Source: the human T2T-CHM13v2.0 reference genome, Homo sapiens. From it: a stretch of DNA of 64,000 nt. The notes under the pieces were generated by a model. The model was not told the origin of the DNA. It searched no databases and was given only the letters and a program-made list of their open reading frames with translations. Below are positions 34,230 through 50,700 of this stretch, in pieces (position 1 is the first letter of the stretch; the number at the start of each line of letters is the position of its first letter). A program made the translations under genes and the position numbers. The DNA lies in NCBI RefSeq assembly GCF_009914755.1, contig NC_060932.1. The stretch is one strand, 5' to 3'.

Positions 34230-34450
34230 TATGTACAAATGTGTTAAGAGCCTGAGTTTTGAATTAAGAAAGCCCTGAGTTTGAAACCCAGTCCTGCCAC
34301 TTACTATATAGCTCTGAACAAGCACTCATATCCTCAGTTTATCTGTCTGTGCAAAAGTGGGAATAGTAGAACCTACCTCAAAGAGTTGTTTTGAGAAGTA
34401 AATGAGATAATGTAGGCAAAGCTTTTAATGGAGTACTCGGCATATAGTTC
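34230..34450. mobile_element. MIR
   Basis: gagtttgaaacccagtcctgccacttacta...cctcagttt..ctgt...acctacctca..gagttgt..tgag..aaatgagataa. Confidence 0.75.
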
Positions 34451-35765
34451 AGTGTATATGAACTGAACTATAAGTTAAATAAAGACTATTTTTAATAGCT
34501 AGAGAGGTTTCAGAAACCAAAAAAGGAGAGAGTATTAAAAAATAGAGGTTTGAAAATCAATGTCTAATACCAAACGTAAGTGGAGTATGATGAGGATTAA
34601 GAGGAGACGAAAGAATTTTGGGGGAATTGCACATTCATAAGACAGCTTCGAGAGTGTGGTAGAAGCAGAAGTCAAATTACAGTAAGCTTAAAGCATGAAA
34701 GCAAACTCTAGCAGAGGTGGCAAGAATTGTAGATATGTATTTTAAGATGTTCTATGTTGAAAAGAAAATGAGCGAGATACAGTGGCTTGAGAGGAAGGAA
34801 AGATTAGCAAGGGTTTTATTTTTAGGATTAAGTGCAGTTGAGGAAGGGAATAATAAATGAAGCAAGGTCATATGGGAAGCAGGATTACAAGTAGAGGCAT
34901 CTCTTTTGGTGCAGAAGACAAGAACAAGTGAAGATTTAAATGTATGTTTACTTTATATTTAGAGATAGAATTGTGGAATTTGAGAGAGTTCAAGGTTCAT
35001 TTCCATTGTTTATGGAAACATAATGATAATCTGCTAAGATTAATTGTTTTAGTATTAAAGGTTCTAAGAAAGTAGGAAATTTTAAATTAGTGCTGTGGAA
35101 AGAAGAGATGGGTAAAAGATCAGTGTGCTGCTTGGATTGCTTATGGTAGTTATGAGGCATGAAAGGTAGCAAAGCCAATAGCATGTAATACATAATACAT
35201 AATAAACATAGTGAATGGAAAAATGAATAGCACCCAATAAATTTAATAAATACAATTAATAATCAAAGTAATTTGGATCAGTTTACTCTTTATTAAATGG
35301 AATTGTTAAGGCCCTTTGTAGTTATTTTTAATTATTAATAATTAAAAGAGAAATAGTTACCTTTTAAATTTCCCAACTTTTATAAGTATTTGAAATTACC
35401 TCATTTATTATTTCCTTCTTAAACTTTCTGCTTATTTTATTTTTCTCATCTCATCTTTCCTCATAAAAAATGGTAAAGCATCTCTATCATATAACATTCT
35501 AGGTGGTGCTAAAGATGTTTGAGTAATAACTGATGTTATATTGTTGTTGCATTTTATTTTAAAATATTTAGAATATTTTAACCTTTGGCACTGTCATATT
35601 ACAGTGAACATTGGGAGGAGGGGGCAAGCTTTCCAATAACAGTTTCCATGTGCTTTGCTTACTGTCTGCCTATCTTTTAAAATCTCACTTTTTAAATTAA
35701 ACTATACTTTTTTTTCACTTCTTTCTTGAGTCTTATTTATATTCTTGTTTCTGCCATGCTTGCAG

Positions 35766-35831
35766 TCATTTTCTTACTCTACCTCGCTCCAGATACAGTC
35801 AGACCATTGACCATCATCACAGGGATGGCAG
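35766..35831 (+). CDS. RIMS2: RIMS2 alternatively spliced exon (66 nt, phase 2->2)
   Basis: Long pyrimidine tract then ctgccatgcttgcag|TCAT...GGCAG|gtatat; (S)HFLTLPRSRYSQTIDHHHRDG, matching a RIM2 splice insert as I recall it. Confidence 0.88.
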
Positions 35832-37744
35832 GTATATTTTTCTTACAATTGAGTCTGTTTGTGGAATTGCTTGTGCCTGTGTATTGATATGATATAGTTC
35901 ACTTTTATTTCTGTTTTTATGTATATACATATATGGTTGTTAATGAAATATAGAAATATCACCCACATAAAATAACATGAAATAAAACGTATTAACTAAT
36001 TGTAGTAGGACATAAAAAATACAGTGTCCCTTTTGTAAATTAGGAGAATCTCTTTGGTGATTCTAAAAATTTAGTTCATCAGGAATTACAGTTAACTCTC
36101 TATTTATCTACAAATATAGAATAACAGTATTATCTTTAAATTAACTCCAGTTGACTACTCACCTTCCTCAGCAGAGTCCATAATTAGGTATTTAGATGGC
36201 ATAGGTCTTGAAAACTCACTTTCCCACCTCCAGAGTAGAGGAATCTGTCCTTGAAGTGCTTAGGTTGAACTGATTTGTTTGTGGTTGCCTTGTCAGAGGT
36301 GGGTGTAATCTACTCCTTTGTCATAGTAGATAATCCTTATCTGCAGAGAATACTGAGTCTGTGAGAAAACACTTGTTCATTTCTACCCTACCACCATTTC
36401 TCTTTCCAAAGTGGGAATTTGCAGTGAATCATAGATAGTACAGCTACAATGCCTTAAGGAAATATAATTTACATTGGAGGGAAATCTCAGTTACCTGGCA
36501 TATAATAGCAAGAAGGGTTAACTAGAAAGAGGGGTTAATTAGAAAGAAAAGAGAGAGAAGATCTCTAAAATCTGAAAAGTTCTCAAGGCTGTATGGAGAT
36601 TTAGAGATTTGAGCCAGTGACAACATTTGAGATCCTTTAGGTAAAGAAATAATGTGGTGGAAGGCTTAGCTAGTATAAATTAGGAATTATGTGCCATGGT
36701 TGGTCACCTTGACTGTTGTTTCTAAGTGATTTAGAGTTATGTGTGACTTCCTTCATCCCTATGAAATTAACTAAGAGTTGATAATAAAATAGTTTATAAA
36801 ATTGATTAAAAACTAAAGAGTAAATTTATAAGTATTTTATTTATGTGGGTTAATGTGAAAGGAAACATAAGAGGTAATAGCAACAGTAATTTACTAGTAA
36901 CTTTTGTAATGTCTTTCAGCAAATATGATTGAAATTTAGTGCCTTCCAGTTTATTATATGATAATGGTTATTGCTATATTTAATTTTCTTTTGCATTTTT
37001 TCACTCTTTTTTGTTATTCTGCTTCAATCCTAAATAATTATCTTTTGTTGTTTTTTGTTTTTACTGTTGCTATATGTTGCATTCCGACTATTTTTTACTT
37101 TCAGTAATTATACATTTACCTTACAAAAATATGGAAAAGTAGTTATATAACTGTATTTTGATAATTGGCTAAACTTAAAGGTGGGTGACATACATGAATG
37201 AGACATTACTGATTATAGACTTACTGTATATACTCTGGTGTCTCTTCATTTCATGCTAAGTTAAAGTCATATCACATCACTTTTTCAATAGTTTGTATTT
37301 TCTTAGTCTCAGTTATCAACAGATAGGTTATCTGCTTCATGTTACTTAGTTTTTCCATTCAGCAATGTAGCTAGAATTAGTTCTTGATCATCTCAATTTT
37401 GTACTTTTCCCCAAATTCTCAACTTCGGCCTAATTGGCCCATTTTGAAGAAGACATTTATGAATTGTCTTTCTGTGCCACAATTTGGTTTGTGCTGAGAA
37501 AACAGAGATCATTAATGTTTATATTAAAATATAACATGGAAAAATCTGTTTCCACAAGCAAGTTATCAAATATCTAATGTAGGATTTAGTATGTATATTT
37601 ACATGTATATGTAATATTTATTTTATATGTATTAAAGTATTTGCCTTGCCCTAGTGCAACAGAAACTCTTGAGGACCTAAGTCTAGTGACCTAGACAATA
37701 TGGGTAGAATTTGTAAGAATGAAGTTCCTTTGTTTTTTTAAAAA

Positions 37745-38970
37745 ATATTTTGTACCCATTAACCAACCCCTCTTCATCTCCTTCTCTCTACTATCCTTCC
37801 CAGTCTTTGGTAACTACCATTCTATTCACTGCCTCCATGAGATCAATTTTTAGCTCCCATATATGAGTGGAAACATGCAATATTTGTCTTTCCGTGCCTA
37901 GCTTATTTCGTTTAATATAATGTCCTCCATTTTCATTCTTCTTGCTAATCATGCATTTCATACCTGATTTTATTCTTTCTGTTTTAGCTGATACTCCATT
38001 GTGTGTATACATATCACATTTTATTTATGCATTCATTTGTTGATGGACAATTAGGTTGATTCCATATCTTGGCTATTGTAAATAGTGCTGCAGTAAACAT
38101 GGGAGTGCAGGTATCTCTTCAACATACTGATTTCCTTTCTCATGAATATATACCTAGCAAAGGGATTGCTAGATCATATGATAGTTCCATGTTTAGATTT
38201 TTAGGAACCTCCATACTGTTTTCTATACTGGTTGTATTAATTTATATTTCCACCAGCAGTGTACAAGCACTCCCCTTTCTCTTCATTCTCTCCAGCACTT
38301 GTTATTTTCAGAATTTTTTTATAATAGGCATTTTAACCTGGGTGAAATGATATCTCATTGTGGTTTTGATTTGCATTTCTCTGATAATTAGTGATGTTGA
38401 GCATTTTTTTATATACCTGTTGGCCATTGTATGTCTTCTTTTGAGAAATGTCTATTCAAATATTTTATCCATTTTAAAAAATCAGATTATTATTGTTATT
38501 TTGTGCTATTGAGTTGTTTGAGTTCCTTATATATTCTGTTTATTAATCCCTTGTTGGAAGAATAGCTTGCAAATTTTTTCTTCCATTCTGTAGGTGTCAC
38601 TTCACTTTGTTTATTGTTTTCTAAACTGTACAGAAGCTTTTCACCTTGATAGAATCTCATTTGTCAATTTTTGCTTTGGTTGCCTGTGTTTTTGAGGTCT
38701 TACTCAAGAAATCTTTGCTAGATAGAAGGAATAAAATCTAGTGTTCAATAGCACAGTCAGGCAACTATAATTAACAATAGCTTACTGTATATTTTAAAAT
38801 ATCTGGAAGAGAAGATTTGAAATGTTCCCAACACAATGAAATGTAAATGTTTGAAGTGATGTATATCCCAATTACCCAAATTTGATCATTACATATTATA
38901 TATTTGTATCAAAATGTAACAGTACCCCATAAATATGTACAACTATTATGTATCCATAAATTTTTTAAAA
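37745..38970. mobile_element. L1MA 3' end with a 5' inversion (37745-38718 minus, 38719-38970 plus)
   Basis: Antisense ORF2-end/3' UTR segment joined to the sense terminal segment; ttttttaaaaa(a)tatt on both flanks. Confidence 0.85.
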
Positions 38971-40699
38971 ATATTAGCTTTCATTCCAATTTTGCTACAT
39001 ATAAATGAATGTGTATTAGTTACAACACAATGTAATAACATGAACATCCTTGAATCTACCACCCAAACCAAGAACAGAACATCTAATTATGTATCTTATA
39101 TTTCCCTGCACTCTCCTTGCCTGTTATATCCTTGTGCCTCTTTCACAGAAGTAATAAATGCTATGCTGAGTTTGCAGTGTAACTTTCTCTTTTTTTTATC
39201 TTTTTTAAGGGACTTTGATCATTTGTTATTTACTCTACTAACTTTCTAAGTTTCTCTTCCCTCTGACCTCCATCCCAATCCACTTTGAGATTCTTGGACT
39301 GACCTTTTTTTGGACATTTGTTGAACATGTGAATGCTGACCTAGTAATCTATCCATTCTCCTGTATTTATTTCTGTAATGTTTCGTGATTGTTATTTTTA
39401 TATCTTGTACCTTTGTATGTAATGCAACTAAACACAACCACCCACTACCCTTCCTTGTTGCTGTCATTTGTTGAGCTCTTAGTAATATCATTTTATTCAC
39501 GGATGATTTTAGAACCTGGCTGTAGTCTTCCTAAACTTCACAGTTCCTGCCATCAAGCCTGAGTAATGTCAGCATTTACCTGAATAATCTATTTAGCACC
39601 CACTCACTTCCTTAACTTTCTCTAATGTAGCAAGCTTTACCTCCAATTCTACTTTGGTCGGTCACTCTCATGACCATACTTTACATTTTATTATCAGTAG
39701 AAATTGTTCTAGCTCTAAAATCTTAATTTGAATACTATGCCCTTGGACTCCATGATTGCACACTTTTTTTTTCTTATTGTTTCATTAAGTTATTTCTACT
39801 TCACTTGTTCTTCTGTCTCAGTAGAGAATGCTACTCTCTTGATCCCTTTATTCTTGCTGTTAGCCTCCATCTTTATTTATCTACTTACATATCCAGAAGT
39901 TGAATCCATTCTCAAAAATATCCTCAATTCTCTTGCTGCATTGTTCTTCTTTTACCTATTTAACAAAGTTCAAACCTGGATTACTCTCTTTCTCTTGTAG
40001 AATTGTTTTTGGACTAGATTATCCAAATTTTTACTTACTTGAGTCAAAATAATTGACCACATAAAAGTGGACAATAAAAAGTAACTTTTTTATTGAGAGC
40101 TGTGGAAAAAGAAAGTAGCATCAGTATCTAAGTATTCAGTTCTCTAGCCTCGTTTTCAAGGTAGCATATACTTTCAACTGGAAATTGTTTCCTAGGAATA
40201 AAATATGTATTAATAGCTTCAGTTGGGCCATAGTTTGGCTATATGATATCTGGAACTTTCTAAATGAATGGGATGAAGGTAGTAAATTTAACATGGCATC
40301 CCCAGTTATGCCCACTCCATTAGAAGAAGCTGGGCTTTCACTGGTCTCTCTACCCTGGGGTATAACATGAAAAGTTATGAGGACTACCTCTTTGGGAACA
40401 GGAGAGTAGAGACTTAAATAATGTTTGCTAAGCTTTTTTTATATTACTTCAAGAGACAATATTAACTAACACTAGAAATCAAAGCATGTCTTCTGTCCAG
40501 GTTATGCTAACTAGTATGAAATAATATTTGATTCATTGTGCATTTTTAAATTCACTCATTTGAACAAACATGTTTAGGATGGATATCATGTTACCCTTTA
40601 TTAATATCTCTTTATTAAAATATACCCTTTATTTTAATAAATATAACCTTTTTTAACATTTACCTTTGTACCCTACTTATTTTTCTAGTACTTATCCCT

Positions 40700-42170
<1,471 letters not shown>

Positions 42171-43848
42171 GAAAAATTAGATAGCATATGTGATATCAAA
42201 AGATATTTCTTTCCCTTCAAGTAAGAAATATGTCCATGTGTTCCCACACTGGAGCAAAGAATGTTTTAGAGAAAGATAAGTCAAAAATACAGAAAAAAGA
42301 CAGAATGATTGGAAGAAGAGTCTTAGGGGAGGTAGGAGGTCATCAGACTAAACACACAGATGGATTTTGTGAACAGAAAGAAGCTATTATTTACCACTGA
42401 GACAGGAAGAAAATAGATGGGAGAAGTGAAGCTGAGTAAAAGGATGCTAATAGAGAGAAATTAAGTTTGTTATTAAACCATTGTTAGTGTTTTAATGACT
42501 GTGTGAGTAGGAAGATTGGTTAGAAGGGAATCTGAGCGCTGTATGGGAGTGGTTCAGATGATCAGTCATAGAGTCCAGGGTGGATAAGGAAAGAAGAAAG
42601 TCAAAGATGGTGATATATACTGCCAGGAATTGGTGGGACTGATGCCAGAATAAGGTAAGGGTTATTGCAGTCTTGAAAATCTGGAGACTGGGGTTCATGA
42701 TTGTTCAATGATTTTCTGCCTTTGCATTGAAATCTTCTAGCACTACCATAGTCAATCCCTAAAATTACCAATGACTAAGGGATAGTGATTGGAAGTTGGA
42801 TAGATAATAGCAACCTGTATTAATAATGAATGTTACTGCCAAGTGGAATGCTTAAGAGAAGTAAGGACTATGTCCATTATGATTCGGGGGGTAATTGTCA
42901 GAAATGTCTCTAGGGAGCCAGCTTCCCCTCCTGGATTCCTGGACTGTGAAATGTGAAAGAATAAGTAGCTTCTGCAGATGAAGGCTACAATGGAAGCAGA
43001 GGCTACACAGTTGAACTAAATGTTATTTAAGGCAAGAATATGCAAAAACCATCCTGCAGGAAGGTTGATGTTTAAGGAAGTTTATTAACAATGGAGTAAG
43101 GATTCTCAAAAATACAGAAGAGAATTAGAAGAGATTAAGAATGGTATGGAAGAGAGTATAGTAAATGAAGAATTTTGAGAGAAGATATCAGGGGGCAGTG
43201 GGGATAGCCTTTTACTTGATAGCCAAGAATCACAGAGATAACATACTTGAATAGAACTGATTAAATTAAAATATTCTAAGTTAATTGTCAGTTGTTTTAA
43301 TACCAGAACTGGCTGAGGGTCCCTGGACAGGTTTGACCTGTGTCCAGATTAATGATGAGGGCTGCTATGAAGTTTGAAGAGAGGCAATGATGGTCCTTTG
43401 TCAAGATGGGTAACATAACTAGAACCCTGGTTAAAGAAAGGATTCTGACAAAGCTAGTGGAGTCATGGTAAAGGACGAAAACAGTCTATGTAGAACATAG
43501 ACTATGTTCTATGTTCTACGTAGACTGTTTTCTTAAAGATTCCCTACATGTAAGGTAGTGCTGAGAACTCTTAGTCAATGTGATGTAAGCCAATAACACA
43601 CTTTCCCAACTGCTATCATTTTTAATCTTAATTTCTCTACATTACAAATCATCTTCTGTCCTCTTACAACTGTTTTGTTCTCCATCAAAACTAAGTTCTA
43701 TTTACATTTCTGACTCTAGCCTATCTTAGTTTCTCTAGAATTTTCCTGCATTTATTATTTCTTGTTTCTGTTGTATTTCAATCTTTCTTCCTTTACTGAT
43801 TTTATTTCTCCGCAAATTACTGTTGAAATTGTCTTAATAATACCTTCT

Positions 43849-44173
<325 letters not shown>

Positions 44174-44203
44174 CTACCCCTTCAAGCTAACTTGAGAGTG
44201 ATC

Positions 44204-44206
<3 letters not shown>

Positions 44207-44252
<46 letters not shown>

Positions 44253-44260
44253 CTCTCTCT
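44207..44260. repeat. (CT)n microsatellite
   Basis: Direct reading. Confidence 0.95.
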
Positions 44261-46065
44261 TTTTACTTAGGTCAGATATCTCAAGTGTGTATTTTTACAT
44301 ATGCTTCCTTCACTCCATCAGCTCCTAAGCCTTAACCTTCTACAATTTGACCTCTACCTCCAGTGCTTTACTGATAATATATATATATATTTGGGTTTGG
44401 GTTTTTGTATGTGCCTTTTTTGAACTATTTAATTTCTGTTAATAGATCATCATTTCATTTCTGAGGCTGAAAATTTTAAAGGTTTTTTTATATTTAATTT
44501 ATATGGTGATTTGTCAAACATTATTGAGAGAAAAAACTATCCCTGCTATCAAAGAAAACACAGTTCAGTGAAATTAACAGGCTTAGAATAAAGACAGCCC
44601 AGTTCAAGTTCCAGCCCAGAAAATATCAAATTATGTGAATTCATTCAAGCTTCTATAAGCCTTAGTTTGCTCATTTCTAAAGTGAGAGAGTTTGGATTAT
44701 ATAACTTCTGAGATTCCTTCTATCACTAACATTGTTTGTATGCTTCTGAATATTATGTATGTTCTCTATATTTTATATTACATATTTTGTATATTGTGAT
44801 TTGTCATGTTTATCATTCATACCTTCTTCTCTATTTCCACCCTCATTACTACAAGTCAGAGCCTTTTCCTAATCTAGCTCATTCTCTGCGCTACTGCTGA
44901 ATTATTCTTCTTAATTTATTACTTGGAAATTACCTTTGTTCAGAAGTTTTTCTTATTACTCTCATTGAAAATTAAACTGTTTAAACCTCTTAACTAGACA
45001 TTAAAAATTGTCATAAACGGATTCCGATCTAATTTTTTAACTAACATTTTACATATTCTGCTTTCTGTTATTCCTAGCATTTCCATTTGACTATTTTATC
45101 TTCCATCATCTATGTGTCTGCTGAAATTTCCCCATCTGTTCATGCATGCTGTTCATCTTTTTTACTACAGTCTTTACCATATCAAGCAGACTTATTTCAA
45201 ATTCCCCATTTGATAGATTCAACATCTATACCATCTCTTAGTTGGCCTCTGTTGGTGGCTTTGTCCTTAACAGTAGGTCTTATTTGTCATGCTTTTTTTG
45301 TGTTTCCAATAAATTGGTATTGAATGTTGAGATCATATGATCAGTAATGACTGAGGCAGATAGTATTTATGCTTGAAAATGAGCACAAATTTTGTTCTGT
45401 TAGTTGGGGTGTTGGGGAGCATTAAACAACCTTCAGACTGCTACATCTGAGTATGAGATTTGGACTTATTATGAAGTGACTGCTACTGGCAGCAGGCAAC
45501 AGTGCATATGAGGGATTTGTATTATACCCATTTCTCTATCCACGTAAAAACAGCAAAACAAAAGGAATGCTGGTGAATTGTTCAAAATTGATCAGTGAAA
45601 CTATTGAATCTGTATTCTAGCTTGAGAGCCATACCTCATCAGATATACTGATATAATACAATAACAATTCATAATTATATTGTTTAGAGATATACTTTTA
45701 AAAATGTTTGCTATTTTATGGAATCTGAGAATCTGGGAAGTGATAAAGTAGGGCCAGTACCTTGGTGGAATAACTTTAATTTTTACATTTGACAAATCAT
45801 TATTAAATTCAAACATTCACTGAATATGGGAACCTATTTCATAAAAATAAGGATTTTACAGGTAACATGTCATATTATCTCTCAGTATTCTTAAAATTTA
45901 TATTTTAAAGATTTATTAATTTGTTCTGTATTAATTATTATGGGTAAATATTCCTGCTTATTTGTGGTTTTGTTTCTGTTATTTTTTAAATAAAAATTAA
46001 CAATGAAAATTATAAATATTTAATATACTAAAAATATCTTCAAAATATTTACATCTTATATGTTT

Positions 46066-46089
46066 GTGTGTGTGTGTGTGTGTGTGTGT
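46066..46089. repeat. (TG)n microsatellite
   Basis: Direct reading. Confidence 0.95.
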
Positions 46090-46857
46090 TTAATAATACA
46101 GTATATGTTACTGTTCAGTATTGTATTTGTCCCTAATTTTCTTGAGGAAATTGGGACGTTTGGTCATTTCTTCATGCAATTTTCAATAATGAATATATTT
46201 TTTAAATACCTTTGTAGATGTGAGAATACTTCTCTTTTTGATAATAAAATAATAGGCTTGTGGGTAATAGTAATTTTTTTCTACGTGAATGGTGTCTTGC
46301 TTTGTCACATCAATATATATATTATACCATTTTCACATTTTATATTGTTATTAACTTGGCTGACTCTAAATATTGTTGTCATCTTTGAATAAGCTTATTT
46401 ACTTTTAACTAACATAGAGTCTTTACATCTAACTCAACAGAAAGATTCTGTAGAATAATGCTATTACACCCAAGGATAAATTAATCTTCCTCCAAAATAA
46501 TATAATATTCGTATTCGTGCACATTACCTATTTGCTTATTTACCATGATTTCTATGGCAAATATTTTGTATCTTGCAATCCTCATAACATTAGAAACGAT
46601 GCTAAAATAATGAGCTAGAATTTTTAAAAAGTTAATCTTGCACATTAATGATGAACATGAGAATTGTAATTTTAAAGTTGTCATAATTACTTTAAGTTAT
46701 TTATTATATACAAATATGTATATATGCTATATTAATTATTCTAAAATGTTTCATTTTTAATGTTTTCTAGTATATTTTATCATATATTTATACTTCAGTT
46801 ATGCAGTTAACGCCCAGAAAATCTGTAGACATTCAAGATATTTTAACAAAAATATAA

Positions 46858-47173
<316 letters not shown>

Positions 47174-47556
47174 CTTCTGCTATTGATCAGCTTATTCTAT
47201 ACAGTATGGATATAGAGAAGTCATTTCTTGCCCAAACCTGAGACCATACTTGTTCTTCAGAGATATATCCAATTTTTTTAAATTTAAGATGTCAGCTTTA
47301 TAAAGGAAAAGAATAATTCCTAAGTAGCTTTACTTTTTACAAATTTACTTTTCAAGAAAACCTATTACATTTACTTATGACATCTTTCCAATATAAACAT
47401 GAAATAAGTCTGATTTAATACAGACTAGGTCCTGAGTTACATATTGGGGAAATTTTCATTGATTTCTGAGTTTTAGTATTCTTAGTATTTATCATACCTG
47501 TAGAGATACTCTACATTGAGCTTACTTTGATCTGGAGTTGTATCATTGTGAAAGAT

Positions 47557-47615
47557 ATGGATGGATGGATGGATGGATGGATGGATGGACGGACGGATGG
47601 ACGGACGGACGGATG
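47557..47615. repeat. Compound (GGAT)n/(GGAC)n tetranucleotide repeat
   Basis: Direct reading. Confidence 0.95.
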
Positions 47616-47663
47616 ACAGGCAATAACATTGGGTTATAGACAAGAGTTCCCACTACTAGAGGG

Positions 47664-47718
47664 AAATCCCTTGCAAGACAATTCCCTTGCATACAATCCC
47701 TTGCATACAAATCCCTTG
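47664..47718. repeat. Short minisatellite, about 4 copies of aatcccttgca(t/a)(a/g)ac-like unit
   Basis: aaatcccttgcaagac aattcccttgcatac aatcccttgcatac aaatcccttg. Confidence 0.85.
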
Positions 47719-50700
47719 TCCTTTCATTGAATTAAGAAACCTAAAGTACATCGCAAAACTGAAAAAATAGGTAGGAAGTTGCATCAAATACTTGGAAATT
47801 TTAAAAAATCTTTTATGAGCAACTATGTTGACCCAAAAAAATGATTCAAAACTGACAACTTTGCTGGATGATTATAAAATTATTTTTCCCTTAGAATGAC
47901 TGAAAATAAATACTGAACACTTTCAGTTTTAGTTTTTCTTATGCATAAAGATTGCTGTTTAAGACAAAGGCCTTCTAAGTTGTTCTCTTTATTATTGTGG
48001 CCTATTGTCAGTTCATCCTCATCTCAAAATCTGCATATGCTAATAATGTGCTTTTAAGACTGGGTTGTTAACAATAGTATGTATTGTTATAACATTGTTA
48101 GTCAATGTAAATTAGTGGAGGGGCTGATACACAGTATCCTTTGTGAACGCATGCAGTTTAGAATAGCACCCATTAGATAATGATGGACAGTAGCCTAGAT
48201 CAATTCAAGTACAAAAAAAAGAACTATAAATAGAGATTAGAAAATATAAACTATTCAAAAAATGTAACAGTGATAGATATTAAATCACTTTTTAAAAGAC
48301 AATGGAATTATTTACCTAAGAAAGATTTAAATTTACAGGTGAGGGGGCCCTGGCTTTTTCAGTGGCTTACCCTTTGGTAATCTGATAAAACCATGGCCAC
48401 TCTTTTTGGAATAATATTTTATATGCATAACATAAAATAAGGTAAATAAAATGGTTACAGAGGAAATGACTTATATTGAAATAAACACTCCAAGTTAAGA
48501 ACCCCAAGTGGGCCCTAAAATATTTTAAGCCTTGCAAGTATTTATTATTTCCCACTTTTCAGTTGCTGCTATTCAAAATTAATTATATATTCTCATCTTA
48601 AAATTAAAACTAATTCAGAATTTTGGTGGGAGTTTGTGAGTACTATATCTCAATCCCTTTAAGGGACCTGATGTAAGACTGTGTAATTTAGGCATTGCTG
48701 CTTTAAATTTTCATAGCAGTAACATTGTGTCTAAGCTAGTCAGACCTATTTTTATCCAATGTGGGAGCAGGAGCCTGTGTCAGCCTTCTCTTATGTGCTG
48801 TCAAAGTTTAAAATGTGGTAGCTTTCCATTCCCCTTAACTGTGTTGGGACATTTGGGGAAATTTCTACCTTCTACTGTGGTTCTTTTCATTTTTCATTTA
48901 TTAACCTATTTTCATTTCACACTATGGTATTTATTTAATATATACTTTGTATTTACGGAGAAAAATATATAAGTAAAATGTAAAAGATGGGTTAATTTTC
49001 AAACAACTTTTTTATAACGAGACATTTTTTGTAAGAGCTACTTCCTAAGGAGTGACCTCTGTTTTATAAATAATGGTCTCCTTTTGAGGACATAGGACAT
49101 AGCAACACATTTAAAATAATTCTCTGGTTTTCACTCATTATCATATTTTTCAATTATTAAAAATGATTCTTCACAAAGAAGTGAAATTGCATATCCTAAC
49201 ATTTACTCCACTTTCCACTTGGAAAAATTTCTTGATGGAATCAGAATAAATGAAATTGTATATAAATACATGAAATATTAGTCTAACTTTCTGCTAGGGT
49301 AATTGTAGCTATTTCCCAAAGATTTGTTATATAATAAGATGTTTATAATTAATGTAAGATGAATCTTTAAATAAATGTAAAGATTGGTACTCTTAAAAAT
49401 AGGCTTTAAGCAATTTAAGAAATAATACATAGATATACCCTTTGTTTCTGTTGATTGTGATGAAGATATATAAAGATGTTAGACTAAAAACATGCAGCAA
49501 ACTACTGAACACACTTATTTGTAAAGAAAAGTGTTCCTTTAAAATAGTTTTTCAGAAACAAAAAGACAGCTGTGATATTTACACTATGAGGTTACCTTTT
49601 CATTTCTCTTACCATTTAACTGTTACTAGTAATTAAATATTTTTTATATATTTACATTTAATGTCAGTTAATTTGACATGTTCTTGAGGCACTTATATGA
49701 AAATACTAAACTTAGAAAGTAAATCACATGATAGTATATGGACTTAAAAGTATTTAAAAATGCTCTGACTTTTATGTTACCCTATGACTTTAAAATGTAA
49801 AATAATCACAAGATATGGTGTAGAATAAAGCCAATATTCACTTTCTAAAGTCACCTAATCTAATATCAAGTAGTACAAAATTGTTTGCCATATAATTCAT
49901 GACATTTGGGAAATTATGTCCTTTTTTTCTTTTTTTTTTTTTTAAATTACTTGCACTTTTCATTATCCAAAATAAGGTTGAGATAACTTATAGGTAAAGT
50001 GGATGTCATTGAAACATTAGCTTTGAGGGAGACTAATGCTTTCTTGACTGTCTATATTATATAAGCATTTCCATTTTTGTGCTTACAACTGGATGGGGAG
50101 GTGATAATTTTATTTGAAATATACTTTGACATATGTTTTACTTTTGAATTCTGGAGCCAAAGCTAGTGTTTTTAAAGTCATCTCCCAAATTGTGGGGCTG
50201 ATGTTAGGAAACATTTATTGATCATGTTAAATGTAAAAGTATTATGCTAGGTTCCAGGGATAGAAAGGTCAACAATGAGAGGTTGCTTAAATTTAAGGAT
50301 ACTTCCTTCAACAAGGATTAAGTTTTGGTATTAGATTTGTTTGTGGTCAAAGAGATCATGTTGTTTCAGAATTATTATTTCAATTAATACCCACTCTGAA
50401 TTGAATCAGTTGGCATAGCTAAAGTGCACCAAGATAGACAGCCAGTTAACCAGTTTTCTACAGAGTGATTTTTCTTGTGGATCAGGTTTAAATATGGCTA
50501 CAGACTTCACAGTCACCCTATTTTCTTATAACCTCATTTTGATTCTTCTGTTTAAATGTTCAGGTGTATAGTGTTTTCTGAAAGCCTTTTTATATCTTAG
50601 TTGGTATAGTACTAAACAGCTTCAGGTGCTACAGAATTAATGCTTATATGGTTTTCTTCACTCTTGAAAATGTTAGGAAAAGTCATTGAATTCTTTTAAA

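Noticed and set aside
47664-47718. Short direct repeats, considered as CRISPR-like
   Set aside because: Adjacent tandem units without spacers in a mammalian intron; a minisatellite
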